This document shows positions 39,015-49,416 of a stretch of 64,000 nucleotides of DNA, in pieces. Within the stretch, counting starts at the first letter, position 1, and each line of letters starts with the position of its first letter. The stretch spans positions 1 through 64,000 of the forward strand of contig CAWHAE010000009.1 in the NCBI GenBank assembly GCA_963827235.1, read 5' to 3'. A program made the translations under genes and the position numbers. The DNA is from an uncultured bacterium (lineage in GTDB: Bacteria; Chloroflexota; UBA5177; JANWHV01). Below the pieces are notes generated by a model that saw only the letters and a program-made list of their open reading frames with translations, was not told the origin of the DNA and ran no database searches.

Positions 39015-39262
39015 CTACCCATCCGAACCAGCATCTGGCACGTCGCCCCTTACCGGCGTTGACCGTTCGAGCTTCCACTGTTCCGCGGCAGCCAGGTCGC
39101 GAGCCTGCGCCGCCAGGAAGGTGAAGAGCTGTTCCATGCTGGTGAAGCCGTGGCGCTCAGCCGTACTGGGGCTTTCCAGCGAGGCCCGCCAGTCAGGCCG
39201 TTGTCGTCGACCATCCACAGCCGGAGCAAGTACGAGAGGCAGGGACGCCGTCCGTCAATCAT
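39015..39262 (-). pseudogene. Chloroflexi-type small conserved protein (SYLLRLW...WRASLE...GF) with a frameshift at about 39196
   Basis: SYLLRLW in one frame and WRASLESPSTAERHGFTSMEQLFTFL in another; one missing C rejoins them. Confidence 0.7.
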
Positions 39263-39303
39263 CGCTCTCCCCATTGTGCCGATCGCATGGCGCTTCCGCT
39301 GGC

Positions 39304-39353
39304 TGTCCTGTCGTGTCCTGTCCTGTCCTGTCCTGTCCTGTCCTGTCCTGTCC
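39304..39353 (+). repeat. Pentanucleotide microsatellite (TGTCC)x10, one unit TGTCG
   Basis: Read directly from the sequence. Confidence 0.97.
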
Positions 39354-39379
39354 ATCCGCGCCCCGAGCATAGCAGGCAA

Positions 39380-39397
39380 GCGCAAGGCTCGCGCAAG
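39380..39397 (+). promoter_or_regulatory. Heptamer direct repeat at 11-bp spacing (SARP/OmpR-type site)
   Basis: GCGCAAG at 39380 and 39391, upstream of the SARP gene. Confidence 0.4.
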
Positions 39398-39510
39398 ACA
39401 CCGGACCGCGTGGGCTTAAGGGGCAAAATCGTGCAATTGTGGTCGCGTTCGCCAGAACAGTATGATGATGAAACGGTTGGGCTCGCGCTGGAACTCTCGG
39501 CACGAGGACG

Positions 39511-41190
39511 ATGCCAGAGCTTCAGTTGGCGATGCTTGGCCCATTCCAGGCGACGCTCGGTGGCGCGCCGATCACCGGGCTCGCCTCCAGCAAAGCCGGC
39601 GCGCTGCTCACCTAACTTGCCGTCGAGGCCGACCGCCTGCACACGCGCGAGACTCTGGCCACGCTGCTGTGGCCGGTAAGCAGTGAGGAGTCTTCCCGGG
39701 CCAATCTGCGCAACACGCTCGCCGTCCTGCGCAACGCGATCGGCGACCCGCAGGCGATGCTGCCCACCCTGCTCGTCACCCGGAGCACACTCCAGCTCAA
39801 CCCGGTGGGCGAAGGGTGGCGCGACATCGCAGCATTCAGGACGCTGCTCGCCGAGGACCGGCCCGGCATCGAGCGGCTGGAAGCGGCAGTAGCGCTCTAC
39901 CGTGGTGAGCTCCTGGCTGGGTGGATAGCCGGCGACAGCGCGGCCCTCCAGGATTGGCTGACCGTCCGGCGCGACGAGTTCACCGGCCGGGTGCTCGCTG
40001 CCCTGCAGCGCCTGGCAGCGGAGTATGAGGCCCAACAGAACGACGACCGGGTCGAGGCATGCCTCCGGCGCCAGCTCGCGATGCAGCCCTGGCGTGAGGA
40101 GGCGCACCACGACCTGATGCGGCTACTGGCGCCGACCGGCAGGCGCACAGCCGCCCTGGCGCAATTCGAGTCGTGCACGCGTGCCTTGCGAGCCGATCTC
40201 GACGTTGAACCCTCGCGCGAGACCGCCGTGCTCTGCGAGCGGATTCGCGACGGGGGGTTCGCCGACGAGGCAGCCCGCAGTGCCCAGGTACCACGACGCG
40301 GCCTCGCTCCGCGCGGCAGTTCGGGTTGGCCGGTGAAGGGTCGCCCTGCCCCCGCCTTCGTGGGGCGCCAGCGCGAGCTGGCCCGGCTTGCCGCGCAGCT
40401 CGAGGCCACGCTGCAGGGCCAGGGCCGGGTGGCATTCGTGGTTGGCGAGGCCGGCGCGGGCAAGACGGCATTGCTGGCGGAATTCGCCGCGCGGGCAATG
40501 CAGCGCCACGGCGAGCTGGTGGTGGCGCTGGGCAGTTGCAACGGCAGTTCGATACGCCGCCGGAACCCATCTCGGCGCAGGAGGCGCGGCTGCACGAGGT
40601 GCCGCTGGCGCAGGTACAGGAAGTGGGCAACCCTTCTGCGGGGCCGGACGCGGGCCCGGCAGGGCGCGTTCGAAGAAGGGCTGGACCTGATGCGCCACGG
40701 ACTCGCCGCCTGGCGGAGCACTGGCAGCGTGACGACCGTTCCCGCCCAGTATTGCGTGGCGATTCACACGTGCTTGGAGGAGGGTCGACCGGACTCCGGT
40801 CTGCAGCTCGTGCAGGAAGCGCTGGAGCTTGCCGAGAAGCACGGCCTGCGCTGCTTTCTGCCCGAGTTCGTTCGCCTCAAAGGCGAGTTACTCCTGCCAC
40901 CGGGCGACGTTGCGGTCCGCGCGGAGGCGGAGGCATGTTTTGCGCAGGCACTCGAGGCTGCCCGGCGTCAAAGGGCCAGGACGTGGGAGCTGCGGTCGGC
41001 CCTGAGCATGGCCCGCCTCTGGCAGCGGTATGGCCGATGCGAAGACGCCCGTGCACTGCTGGCCGTCGTCTACGATTGGTTCACCGAGGGCTTCGACACC
41101 CCCGACCTGCGCGATGCGCGGGCACTGCTGGCAGAGCTCTCCGGCGCAGGCGGCGAAACGCATCCTTACCCGGCGCACGGCACGGGCTAA
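39511..41190 (+). pseudogene. AfsR/SARP-type regulator (wHTH-BTAD-AAA-TPR) with a nonsense codon and an internal deletion
   Basis: MPELQLAMLGPFQ...ALLT*LAVE (TAA 39613), BTAD PWREEAHHDLMRLLA, Walker A GEAGAGKT, then a jump near 40545 to the C-terminal TPR (WELRSALSMARLW...WFTEGFDTPDL). Confidence 0.85.
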
Positions 41191-41572
41191 CGCCGGTTGG
41201 TCATGTCGGGGCGAGGAGCGGGCTGGCACTGCGCGACGTGACAGTGTGCGCGACGACAGCTGCGGGCGCCCGGGCCGCTCATACCACGCTGCAGCGTCGA
41301 CACGGGTCTCCTTGAGCAGGCATCGGCGCCGGCCAGGCGCCGAACAGCAGCAGGCCCTGGACCCGGGAGGTCGCCGCCTCGGCTTGAACCGGGCACAACC
41401 CGAGGATTTGCGATAACGGCGCAGATCCTGCGGCGCCGGCTGCTTCTACGCTCGAGCAGGGTGTGGCCAGCGCCCCACTGCTTGCCCGCACGTAACGCGT
41501 GTCCATGCATCGACTCGCATGACCTTGCAGCAGTGGGCGCGGCACGCGCGTGACCGGTTTTGTCCTCTGCAA

Positions 41573-42418
41573 TCAGCCCCGCACGCTGTCTCTGGCAAGT
41601 GATAGCGTCTGCCGATATCGACCGGGAGTGCAACCCATGTGCTTGGTGAAGACCCGGTAAAACTGCGTGTAGCTGCCGAAGCCGGCCTCCATGGCTGCAT
41701 CGATCATGGTGCGGCGCCGTCCGTGCGCATAGAGACGCACGAATCGGTCTATGCACTGGCCGTTGCGGAATGCAACCAGCGACAGGCCCATCTGCAGCTT
41801 GAACAGGCGACACAGGTGGGTCGGACTCAGTCCAACTCGACGTGCGATTTCGGTCAAGCCAAGCGGCTCCGCGCTGTTGTGCACCAGACGTGCCGCTTGC
41901 TCGACCGCGGGATGGATATCGTGGCCCTCGCCAAGGTCATCGGCAGATTGGTAGCCGGACCATGCCGCAAGCAGGGCAAACCCGAGCCCGACGTTGAAGT
42001 AGGTCTCGTTCGGAATCGCATCGAGGAGCTCGCGAAAGAGCATGGCGAGCCAGCCGGTTCGTTCGGCATTCAGTCGCCGGCAGAAGTGACCGGCAGGATC
42101 TGCCTGCCGTAGCGGCCAGGTGTCGTTCCCGCTGCAGAGACTGCCGATCAGGGCCGGCTTGAAGACAGCGATCCACATGACATAGTCCGGGCTTTGCTGG
42201 AGCAGAAGGTGGTCCTGGTTGGGAAACAGCCACACGATGCTGCCAGGCGTCAGATCGTATCGGCGCATGTTCATCACATAGGTGGCCGTGCCGTCCACGA
42301 CGACATTGACCTCGAGCTCTGCGTGGTGGTGCATCGGCCAGAGCGCCAGCCTGCTCGCCCACTTGTAGTGCCAGACGATGCCGTCGAGATTCTCGGGCAC
42401 GCTCAGTATCTCTTCCAT
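41573..42418 (-). CDS. AraC family transcriptional regulator
   Basis: Cupin MHHHAELE; C-terminal IARRVGLSPTHLCRLFK and AGFGSYTQFYRVF. Confidence 0.92.
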   Translation of the reverse strand: MEEILSVPENLDGIVWHYKWASRLALWPMHHHAELEVNVVVDGTATYVMNMRRYDLTPGSIVWLFPNQDHLLLQQSPDYVMWIAVFKPALIGSLCSGNDTWPLRQADPAGHFCRRLNAERTGWLAMLFRELLDAIPNETYFNVGLGFALLAAWSGYQSADDLGEGHDIHPAVEQAARLVHNSAEPLGLTEIARRVGLSPTHLCRLFKLQMGLSLVAFRNGQCIDRFVRLYAHGRRRTMIDAAMEAGFGSYTQFYRVFTKHMGCTPGRYRQTLSLARDSVRG

Positions 42419-42522
42419 CGCAAGAAATGGTAACAAACGCGCAGCATTTGTGAGGAATCCGCGGCGACTGTAGAGCACAATGGACGGTGTCTTCAGCGTA
42501 TTAGGGGAGCGCCAAGGAGAGC

Positions 42523-43299
42523 GTGGTGACAGAGGACGCCGTCCACATCAGCGAGGCACAGAAACGGCAATACCGAGAGGAAGGTTACGTCATTCTCGAG
42601 CACGTCATACCGGATGAGCACCTCGAGGCTCTGCGGGCGGAGTGCCAGCGTTTCATTGATGATATGCACGCGGAAATGGATCGCCGAGGCACCGACACGC
42701 TCGGTATCAGTCACCGCAACAAACGGTATTTTGTCGCCGGTGTGCAGGCTCGCCGCCCGCGTGTCCATGACTTTGTGTTCAGCGACCTCATGGCCGGCAT
42801 CTGCCGTGCCACGATCGGAGACGAGGCGTATCTCTATTGGGACCAGTACGTGGTCAAGGCCGCAGAGGTCGGCATGAAGTTCTCGTGGCACCAGGACTCC
42901 GCGTTCAATGCCACCGCTCCGCACCGGCCCTACGTGAGTGTGTGGTGTGCCCTCGACGACATGACCAGGGACAACGGCACGACATTCATTCTGCCATACT
43001 CCCGAGCAGGGTCCCGCGAGCTGATTCCGCACACGAAAGAGGAAGGAACCAACGACCTGGTCGGCTATCGTGGCGACGACCCGGGAGAGATCGTGCTTGT
43101 CCCGGCCGGGAGCATCGCCCTGTTCTCAAGCTTTACGCTGCACCGGAGCGGCGTCAACGAGACCGACAAGATGCGGCGTGTCTACCTCGTGCAATTCTCG
43201 CCGGAGATCGTACAGAAAGCGGACGGCTCCGGCCCTGCCGGCGGATCGGAGCAGTTCCTCCATTCAGGCCGGCGCTGCGATATCCGCCGGAGCACGTAG
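42523..43299 (+). CDS. Phytanoyl-CoA dioxygenase (PhyH) family Fe(II)/2-oxoglutarate oxygenase
   Basis: YREEGY, WHQD, WCALDD, LHRSGVN...RR. Confidence 0.9.
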   Translation: MVTEDAVHISEAQKRQYREEGYVILEHVIPDEHLEALRAECQRFIDDMHAEMDRRGTDTLGISHRNKRYFVAGVQARRPRVHDFVFSDLMAGICRATIGDEAYLYWDQYVVKAAEVGMKFSWHQDSAFNATAPHRPYVSVWCALDDMTRDNGTTFILPYSRAGSRELIPHTKEEGTNDLVGYRGDDPGEIVLVPAGSIALFSSFTLHRSGVNETDKMRRVYLVQFSPEIVQKADGSGPAGGSEQFLHSGRRCDIRRST

Positions 43300-43634
43300 C
43301 GCCTGCCAGCTCAGCGTGATCTCGGCGAGGGCAAGCCATCAATATGCTTCCAAACAGAAGTTGCGGGACGGACCTGTGACCGCGGTTGTATCGAAGCGCA
43401 CGGGGCGACTGCGGTCGCGGGCAAGTGGCAGCCAGGTTCACACCGCAAATACTTCCGGGAAGCAGAGAGAGCTACGCGGGCAAGCACCGCGAGACAGGAG
43501 GGAAGCCGCCAAGGAAAAGCACTCACGCTCGATGTTCTCAGGCTCGCAGAGAGATAGCTGTGCACTCCAGACCTGTCATCTGTATGTCTATATCGCCACG
43601 ACTAGGCAGTACGTCATTTCCGAGGAGTTCAACG

Positions 43635-44987
43635 ATGAGCAGCTGCACACCGATGAGGGGACCTCGTTCTGCCCGATTGATGCGGAGCCTCGTAGCGGTC
43701 GCGGTCGTACTCTCCATAACTATGCTACCGGCGGGGGTGCGCCGGGCAGCCGCGACATCACACCCGGCAGCGACCAGCTCGATAAGCGTGTGGGATATTC
43801 AAACCGGCTCCGAGCAAAAAGCTCTGCTCGCCATGGCTGCCGATTTCAGCAAAGCGAACCCAGGCACATCGGTCCAGTATCAATGGTTCGTGGCTGATCC
43901 CTACAAGACCAAGATCGCGATTGCCATTGGCGCCCACCATGCGCCCGACGTCTTCATGGGCTGGGGCGGGGGCGTGCTCGGATCCTATGTGAAGTCAGGA
44001 GCCGTGGTCGACCTGACCGGCGCGCTCAACGCCGACCCCGCATGGAAGTCACGCTATGTCCAGTCGGTTCTCGGCGCGGCAACGTTCAACGGCCATATCT
44101 ATGCTGTTCCTTACAACCAGTCTCAGCCGGAGGTCATTTTCTACAACAAGGCGATCTTCGCGAAGTATGGTATTGCGGTACCCACGACATGGCCACAACT
44201 CCTGAACGTGATCAAGGTGCTGCAAGGCCACAACGTCATTCCGTTTGCGATGTCCGGCAAAGTCATGTGGCCCGAGATGATCGTGACCCAGTATCTGGCG
44301 GAGCGCATCGGCGGTCCCGCTGCCTTGGACGACATCGCCAACCAGAAGCCCGGTGCATCGTTCAATTCGCCGGCCTGGATCCAGGCAGTCAAGATGTCGC
44401 AGGACCTGGTAAAGATGAATGCCTTCGAGAACGGTTTCTCTTCGTTTGACTATGGCGCTGGAGCGGACGCCCAGCAGCTGCTGTACACCAACCGGGCCGC
44501 GATGATGTTCATGGGCGTCTGGCAGATAAGCGGCGCCCGCGACAATGCGCCAAGCTTTGCCAAGACCATGGGCTTCTTCCCTGTACCGACCGTGCCCGGC
44601 GGAGAGGGCAAGCTCACCGATCTGATCGGCAATCCGGCAAACTACTACTCGGTCTCTACCGATAGCAAGAACCCGTCTGCCGCCATTGCCTACCTGAAGG
44701 AAACGCTGAATCCGACGTTCTCCAAGGCGTTGCTCAGCGAAGGCAGCGTGCCTCCAGTGGCGAAGCTCGATTTGGGAGGGGTCGGCGATCCACTCTTGAC
44801 CCAGCAGGTCCAGTTGCTCAAGTCCTCGACGGACTACCAGCAGCCGGTCGATCAGCTCCTGGCGCCGGAACTGGCACAGGACTTCCTGAATCTGACGTCG
44901 CAGGCGTTCCTGCTTTCCATTACGCCGCAGCAATTCGCCAGCACGATGCAGTCAGACACGGCGAAGTACTTCGCCTCGAACCACTGA
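43635..44987 (+). CDS. Sugar ABC transporter substrate-binding protein
   Basis: Signal peptide, PDVFMGWGGG, IYAVP, FYNKAIFAKYGIAVPTTW. Confidence 0.9.
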   Translation: MSSCTPMRGPRSARLMRSLVAVAVVLSITMLPAGVRRAAATSHPAATSSISVWDIQTGSEQKALLAMAADFSKANPGTSVQYQWFVADPYKTKIAIAIGAHHAPDVFMGWGGGVLGSYVKSGAVVDLTGALNADPAWKSRYVQSVLGAATFNGHIYAVPYNQSQPEVIFYNKAIFAKYGIAVPTTWPQLLNVIKVLQGHNVIPFAMSGKVMWPEMIVTQYLAERIGGPAALDDIANQKPGASFNSPAWIQAVKMSQDLVKMNAFENGFSSFDYGAGADAQQLLYTNRAAMMFMGVWQISGARDNAPSFAKTMGFFPVPTVPGGEGKLTDLIGNPANYYSVSTDSKNPSAAIAYLKETLNPTFSKALLSEGSVPPVAKLDLGGVGDPLLTQQVQLLKSSTDYQQPVDQLLAPELAQDFLNLTSQAFLLSITPQQFASTMQSDTAKYFASNH

Positions 44988-45007
44988 GTGTTCGTCCGCC
45001 TCTAGGC

Positions 45008-45051
45008 TCAGGGGGAGCCGGGAACCGGGATCGTGGCCCGGCTTCCCCTGA
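45008..45051 (+). terminator. Intra-operon stem-loop after the SBP gene (mRNA stabiliser or attenuator)
   Basis: TCAGGGGGAGCCGGG...CCCGGCTTCCCCTGA. Confidence 0.55.
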
Positions 45052-45094
45052 CGCAGGCTGGCGCATCCGAGGCGGGCTGGAGGCGATACAACGA

Positions 45095-46027
45095 ATGAGC
45101 CGACTGAGTCCAAGTACCCAGGGAGAAGCGCGCCACGAGCTTCAGCTGCGCGCTCGACATCTCCCAGGTGGCGATACCATGGTCGTTCTGCTCTTCGCGG
45201 CGCCAGCACTGCTGCTGTTTGGCGCATACCTGCTCTACCCGGTGGCCGCATCCATCTGGTACTCGCTTCTACAATGGAACGGCATAGGCGCAGCCAGGTT
45301 CACCGGCCTATCCAATTGGAATAGGCTATTCCACGACAGCAGCATCTGCGCATCGCTCCGCAACACGCTGATCATCTTCGTGGGCTCGGCAGTCTTCGAG
45401 ATCCCGATAGGCCTGCTTGTCGCCCAACTCGTGCAGCAGCTGGGGCGCTTTGGCGCATTACTCTCGAACATATATATCGTGCCACTCTTGTCGTCATCAG
45501 TGGCCATCGGCCTCACGTGGACGAGCCTGTATAATCCACAGTTTGGCCCGCTCTACTACATCTACGACCACTTCAATCTGCAGGCTCCAGCTTTCCTGGG
45601 CGACGCTACGTGGGCGGTGTGGGCCGTTACCGTGGTCATAATCTGGCAGTACATTCCGTTCTACATCCTGCTGTTTAACGCTGGATTGCTCGGGATTCCC
45701 AGCGACTTGTATGAAGCAGCAGCAATTGACGGCGCAAATGGCTGGAGCCAGTTCTGGACGATCACCATTCCGCTCTTGAAGCGGACGTTTGTCACAGCGC
45801 TCATTCTGATGATTACCGGTTCTCTCGTGTACTTCGACCTGATCTATGTCATGACCAGCGGCGGACCCGGCGATTCTTCGTATACGCTTGCACTCTATGT
45901 GTACCGCTCCGCGTTCCAGGATCAGGACGTGGGATATGGCTCCGCTATCGCAGTGCTGCTATTCGCGATCTCCTTCGTCATCTCTGCCGTTATTGTCCGC
46001 GGCACCAGGCTGCTGCAGGAGCAGTGA
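45095..46027 (+). CDS. Carbohydrate ABC transporter permease (MalF-like)
   Basis: EAA loop LYEAAAIDGA. Confidence 0.92.
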   Translation: MSRLSPSTQGEARHELQLRARHLPGGDTMVVLLFAAPALLLFGAYLLYPVAASIWYSLLQWNGIGAARFTGLSNWNRLFHDSSICASLRNTLIIFVGSAVFEIPIGLLVAQLVQQLGRFGALLSNIYIVPLLSSSVAIGLTWTSLYNPQFGPLYYIYDHFNLQAPAFLGDATWAVWAVTVVIIWQYIPFYILLFNAGLLGIPSDLYEAAAIDGANGWSQFWTITIPLLKRTFVTALILMITGSLVYFDLIYVMTSGGPGDSSYTLALYVYRSAFQDQDVGYGSAIAVLLFAISFVISAVIVRGTRLLQEQ

Positions 46028-46028
46028 C

Positions 46029-46910
46029 ATGATCAGTGGTCGGCAGCGGCACAGCCCGCGAGCACGAGCGCGACGGCGACCTGCGTTACAGCGAGTTGGC
46101 AACAAGCCCCTCCTCGTGGTAGCTGCGTCGATCTGGCTCTGCATCACCGTGATACCGATTGCGTTCACCCTGATACAGACGCTCAAGACGCAACAGGACT
46201 CGCTGGCGACCGCACCCTGGACGCTGGCAAATCCTACGTTCTCGAATTACGCCACGGTGTTCTCACCGGACTTCTTCCACTACGTGGTGAACAGCGTCAT
46301 CACGTCGGTCGGAGCGGTGCTCCTCTCGACACTCGTCGGCTCGCTGGCCGCTTACGCCATTGCGCGCCTTCCCGGCAAGCTCAACGGACTGCTCTATCTC
46401 CTATTCGTATCTGGGCTGGCCGTGCCGATTTATGCCGCGATCGTGCCCATCTACCGGCTGGAGACCGATCTGAACCTGTACGACACGCTGCCGGGTCTCC
46501 TGCTGCCGTTTGCCGGTACGAGCCTGCCGATTACAGTGTTCATCCTCACCGCGTTCATGAAAGCACTTCCGGTGGAGCTCGAGCAGGCAATGAGCATCGA
46601 CGGAGCCGGCTCCGTGCGCCGATACCTCCAGCTCGCGCTACCCCTCTCGCGTCCGGCAATCGCCACGGTTGCTATTTACGCATTCATCAACAACTGGAAC
46701 AACTTCATCCTGCCGCTGGTGCTCACCGAATCGCAGGGCGAGCGAACCCTCCCTCTTGCGACCTGGGAGTATCAGAGCGAGTACGGGATGAACGTGCCGC
46801 TTGTGCTGACGGTGGTGGTACTCTCCACCATTCCGCTGCTGCTGTTCTACATCGTGCAGCGGCGCAATTTCATTCAGGGCCTCACCGCGGGTGCTCTCAG
46901 CGCAGCATAG
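46029..46910 (+). CDS. Carbohydrate ABC transporter permease (MalG-like)
   Basis: LPVELEQAMSIDGA, WNNFILPL. Confidence 0.92.
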   Translation: MISGRQRHSPRARARRRPALQRVGNKPLLVVAASIWLCITVIPIAFTLIQTLKTQQDSLATAPWTLANPTFSNYATVFSPDFFHYVVNSVITSVGAVLLSTLVGSLAAYAIARLPGKLNGLLYLLFVSGLAVPIYAAIVPIYRLETDLNLYDTLPGLLLPFAGTSLPITVFILTAFMKALPVELEQAMSIDGAGSVRRYLQLALPLSRPAIATVAIYAFINNWNNFILPLVLTESQGERTLPLATWEYQSEYGMNVPLVLTVVVLSTIPLLLFYIVQRRNFIQGLTAGALSAA

Positions 46911-47001
46911 CGGAGCAGGCACGATGGGGGTCTGCACGGCAGGACGGCACGCTGTAGCCAACGTTCTGTCGTGGCCACACAGGTAGAGATCGAGGGCTGA
47001 G

Positions 47002-48051
47002 ATGTCACAACCGCGCGATGCTTACGGCGACAGCATAGCCAGGCGAAAGTCTCGCTGGGAGAGCCTGGTGGACATGAGTGCTCCATGCTCACCGGCCTGG
47101 GTCATCACTCTGGAGGGCGACGGCGACGAGCGTCCTTTTCCGTGGCTCACGAATATCCCGCAGCGCATCGAATGGGCCTGGCAGACGTACCTGCGCGACA
47201 TGGCGCGGCTGGAGTGGCTGCACGACGATAGGATCCCCTGCCTGGATCCGTATACCGGCACCGAGATATTCGCCGCGGCCTTTGGCTGTGCAGTGAGTCG
47301 TCCGGCGGACAACATGCCCTTCGCGCTCCCACTCATCGAAAGCGCCTCCGCGGTGGCACGGCTCAAGGTGCCGGCGATCGACGCGGAACCGCTGCGCGTG
47401 CTGTTTGATATCGCGGACGAGCTCCGCACTCGCGCCGGCCCCGAGGCCACGATGAGGCTGCCCGACGTGCAGTCACCGTTCGATATCGCGGCGCTGATCT
47501 GGGACAAGCGGAGTTTCTACACGGCCCTGCTGGACTGCCCGGAAGCCGTGCGTGAGCTGACGAGCAAGGTCGAGCTGCTGGTGACGGCATTCCTCGACGA
47601 ATGGCTGCGGCGATACGGTCAGGAGATCGTGGCGCATTATCCGCACTACTATATGCGGCGGGGCGTTACGGTCTCGGTCGACGAGGTCGGCTCGATCAGC
47701 GCGCGCATGTGTGCTGCCTATGTCATGCCCGAGCTTATGCGGCTGTCCCAGCACTATGGCGGCATCGGCGTGCACTGCTGTGCCAACGCGCGGCACCAAT
47801 GGCCCAATTTCAAGCGCCTCCCCGGGTTGCGCGTGATCAACCTCTTCGGACTGGAGCGGCCGGGCATCTTGCGGGACGCTACCGAGTTCTTCGCGGAGCA
47901 CACGGCACAGATCAATGACTGGGACGAGCCGCTCTCTTCCTGGCTCCCTGCAGTGCCGCCGGCCGCGCACGTGGCGTTTGAGACGACGGTGCGCGACGGG
48001 GAGGAAGCGCGACGCCTTGCCGAGCAGCTTTGGGAGACGTACAGGCGCTGA
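47002..48051 (+). CDS. URO-D / MT2 fold protein #3 (divergent)
   Basis: PDVQSPFDIAALIW, SVDEVGSIS, GVHCCA. Confidence 0.75.
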   Translation: MSQPRDAYGDSIARRKSRWESLVDMSAPCSPAWVITLEGDGDERPFPWLTNIPQRIEWAWQTYLRDMARLEWLHDDRIPCLDPYTGTEIFAAAFGCAVSRPADNMPFALPLIESASAVARLKVPAIDAEPLRVLFDIADELRTRAGPEATMRLPDVQSPFDIAALIWDKRSFYTALLDCPEAVRELTSKVELLVTAFLDEWLRRYGQEIVAHYPHYYMRRGVTVSVDEVGSISARMCAAYVMPELMRLSQHYGGIGVHCCANARHQWPNFKRLPGLRVINLFGLERPGILRDATEFFAEHTAQINDWDEPLSSWLPAVPPAAHVAFETTVRDGEEARRLAEQLWETYRR

Positions 48052-48055
48052 AAGC

Positions 48056-48250
48056 ATGAACCGCCTGCTTACTCCTCGCCGATGGCCAGAAATTGTACAC
48101 ATTGCGGTGCTGCATGGATTGCCGATTCTGCACAAAGACCCTTTCCACCGCGTTCTGATTGCCCAAGCAACGGCGGAGCCAATGGTCCTCGTGACCACGG
48201 ATGGCGAGATCCCACGCTACGCCTCCGCGCGTCTGCAGGTGGTCTCCTGA
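48056..48250 (+). pseudogene. C-terminal fragment of a VapC/PIN toxin
   Basis: LPILHKDPFHRVLIAQA...LVTTD; the N-terminal DT motif is absent and DPFD has become DPFH. Confidence 0.7.
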
Positions 48251-48453
48251 TCACGCCGGTGATCCGGCTCCGGTGTACCGCCGTCCTCCGGACAGGCGCG
48301 GATTGCGTTGCCGCCGGCATCTACCGCCAGGGCCCGCCGGTCGGGGCTGCCGGCCGGGGCTGCCGGCCCGTATCGAAGCGGTAGCCCGGCCTCCACCTGC
48401 GGTATACTGCAGTCTCCAGATACTCGAGCGGCGAGCAGCGTTTCAGGAGTGCG

Positions 48454-49416
48454 ATGGTGAGCAGCAAGCCTCTGGTGTTTGTCGACGGCGAAGAGGGAAC
48501 GACGGGCCTGCAGATCTTCGATCTCCTGGCCGCACGGCCGGACCTCGAGGTGCTGCGGATCGACCCTGCCCGCCGCAAGGACCCGGAGGCGCGCCGGGAT
48601 CTCCTCAACGAGGCCGACGTGGCCTTCCTCTGCCTGCCGGACGACGCCGCACGGGAGTCCGTGGCGCTCACCGCCAATCCACGCACCCGCCTGATCGATA
48701 CCAGCACGGCCCATCGCACCGCGGCCGACTGGGTCTACGGCATCCCCGAGCTGGATAGGTCCGCGCGTGAGGCCATGCGAACGGCCACCCGGCTCTCCGT
48801 CCCCGGCTGCCACGCCACCGGCTTCGTCATGAACGTGTATCCCCTGGTGAAGGAGGGCGTCGTTCCCGCCGACAGCCTGCTCACCTGCCACTCCATAAGC
48901 GGCTACAGCGGTGGGGGCAAGAAGCTGATCGCCCAGTACGAAGCGCCGGATGCCGACCGCCGGAAGCTGAGCAGCCCGCGCATGTACAGCCTGGCCCTCA
49001 AGCACAAGCATCTTCCGGAAATGCAGGTGCGCGGCGGACTGGTGCACGCTCCCATCTTCTCGCCCATCGTGGCCGACTTCTACAAGGGCATGGTCGTCTC
49101 GGTGCCGCTCTTCCCCGCCCTGCTGCGCAAACGGATTACTGCCGCCGGGGTGCGTGACATTCTTGCCTCCTACTACGCCGGAGAGCGGTTCGTGACCGTG
49201 ATGCCCTACGAAGAGGTGCCCGCCCTGGACGGCGGCTACCTGGATGCGCAGGCGTGTAACGGCAGCAACCGCATCGACCTCTTCGCGTTCGGCGGCGAGG
49301 ATCGCATCCTCCTCTGCGCCCGTCTGGACAACCTCGGCAAGGGCTCGTCCGGCGCCGCGCTCCAATGCATGAACGTCCTGCTGGGCCTGGACGAATCGCT
49401 CGGCCTGTCTGCATGA
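48454..49416 (+). CDS. argC: N-acetyl-gamma-glutamyl-phosphate reductase (type 2)
   Basis: VFVDGEEGTTGL, IDTSTAHR, PGCHATG, SGYSGGGK, DNLGKGSSGAA. Confidence 0.95.
   Translation: MVSSKPLVFVDGEEGTTGLQIFDLLAARPDLEVLRIDPARRKDPEARRDLLNEADVAFLCLPDDAARESVALTANPRTRLIDTSTAHRTAADWVYGIPELDRSAREAMRTATRLSVPGCHATGFVMNVYPLVKEGVVPADSLLTCHSISGYSGGGKKLIAQYEAPDADRRKLSSPRMYSLALKHKHLPEMQVRGGLVHAPIFSPIVADFYKGMVVSVPLFPALLRKRITAAGVRDILASYYAGERFVTVMPYEEVPALDGGYLDAQACNGSNRIDLFAFGGEDRILLCARLDNLGKGSSGAALQCMNVLLGLDESLGLSA

Noticed and set aside
39304-39353. CRISPR array or GQDRT-repeat protein
   Set aside because: No spacers or cas genes; the peptide repeats are just translations of the microsatellite.
43300-43634. 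Possible riboswitch in the long leader of the ABC operon (repeated GCAGAGAGA)
   Set aside because: No recognisable aptamer consensus; an Rfam/Infernal scan would be needed.
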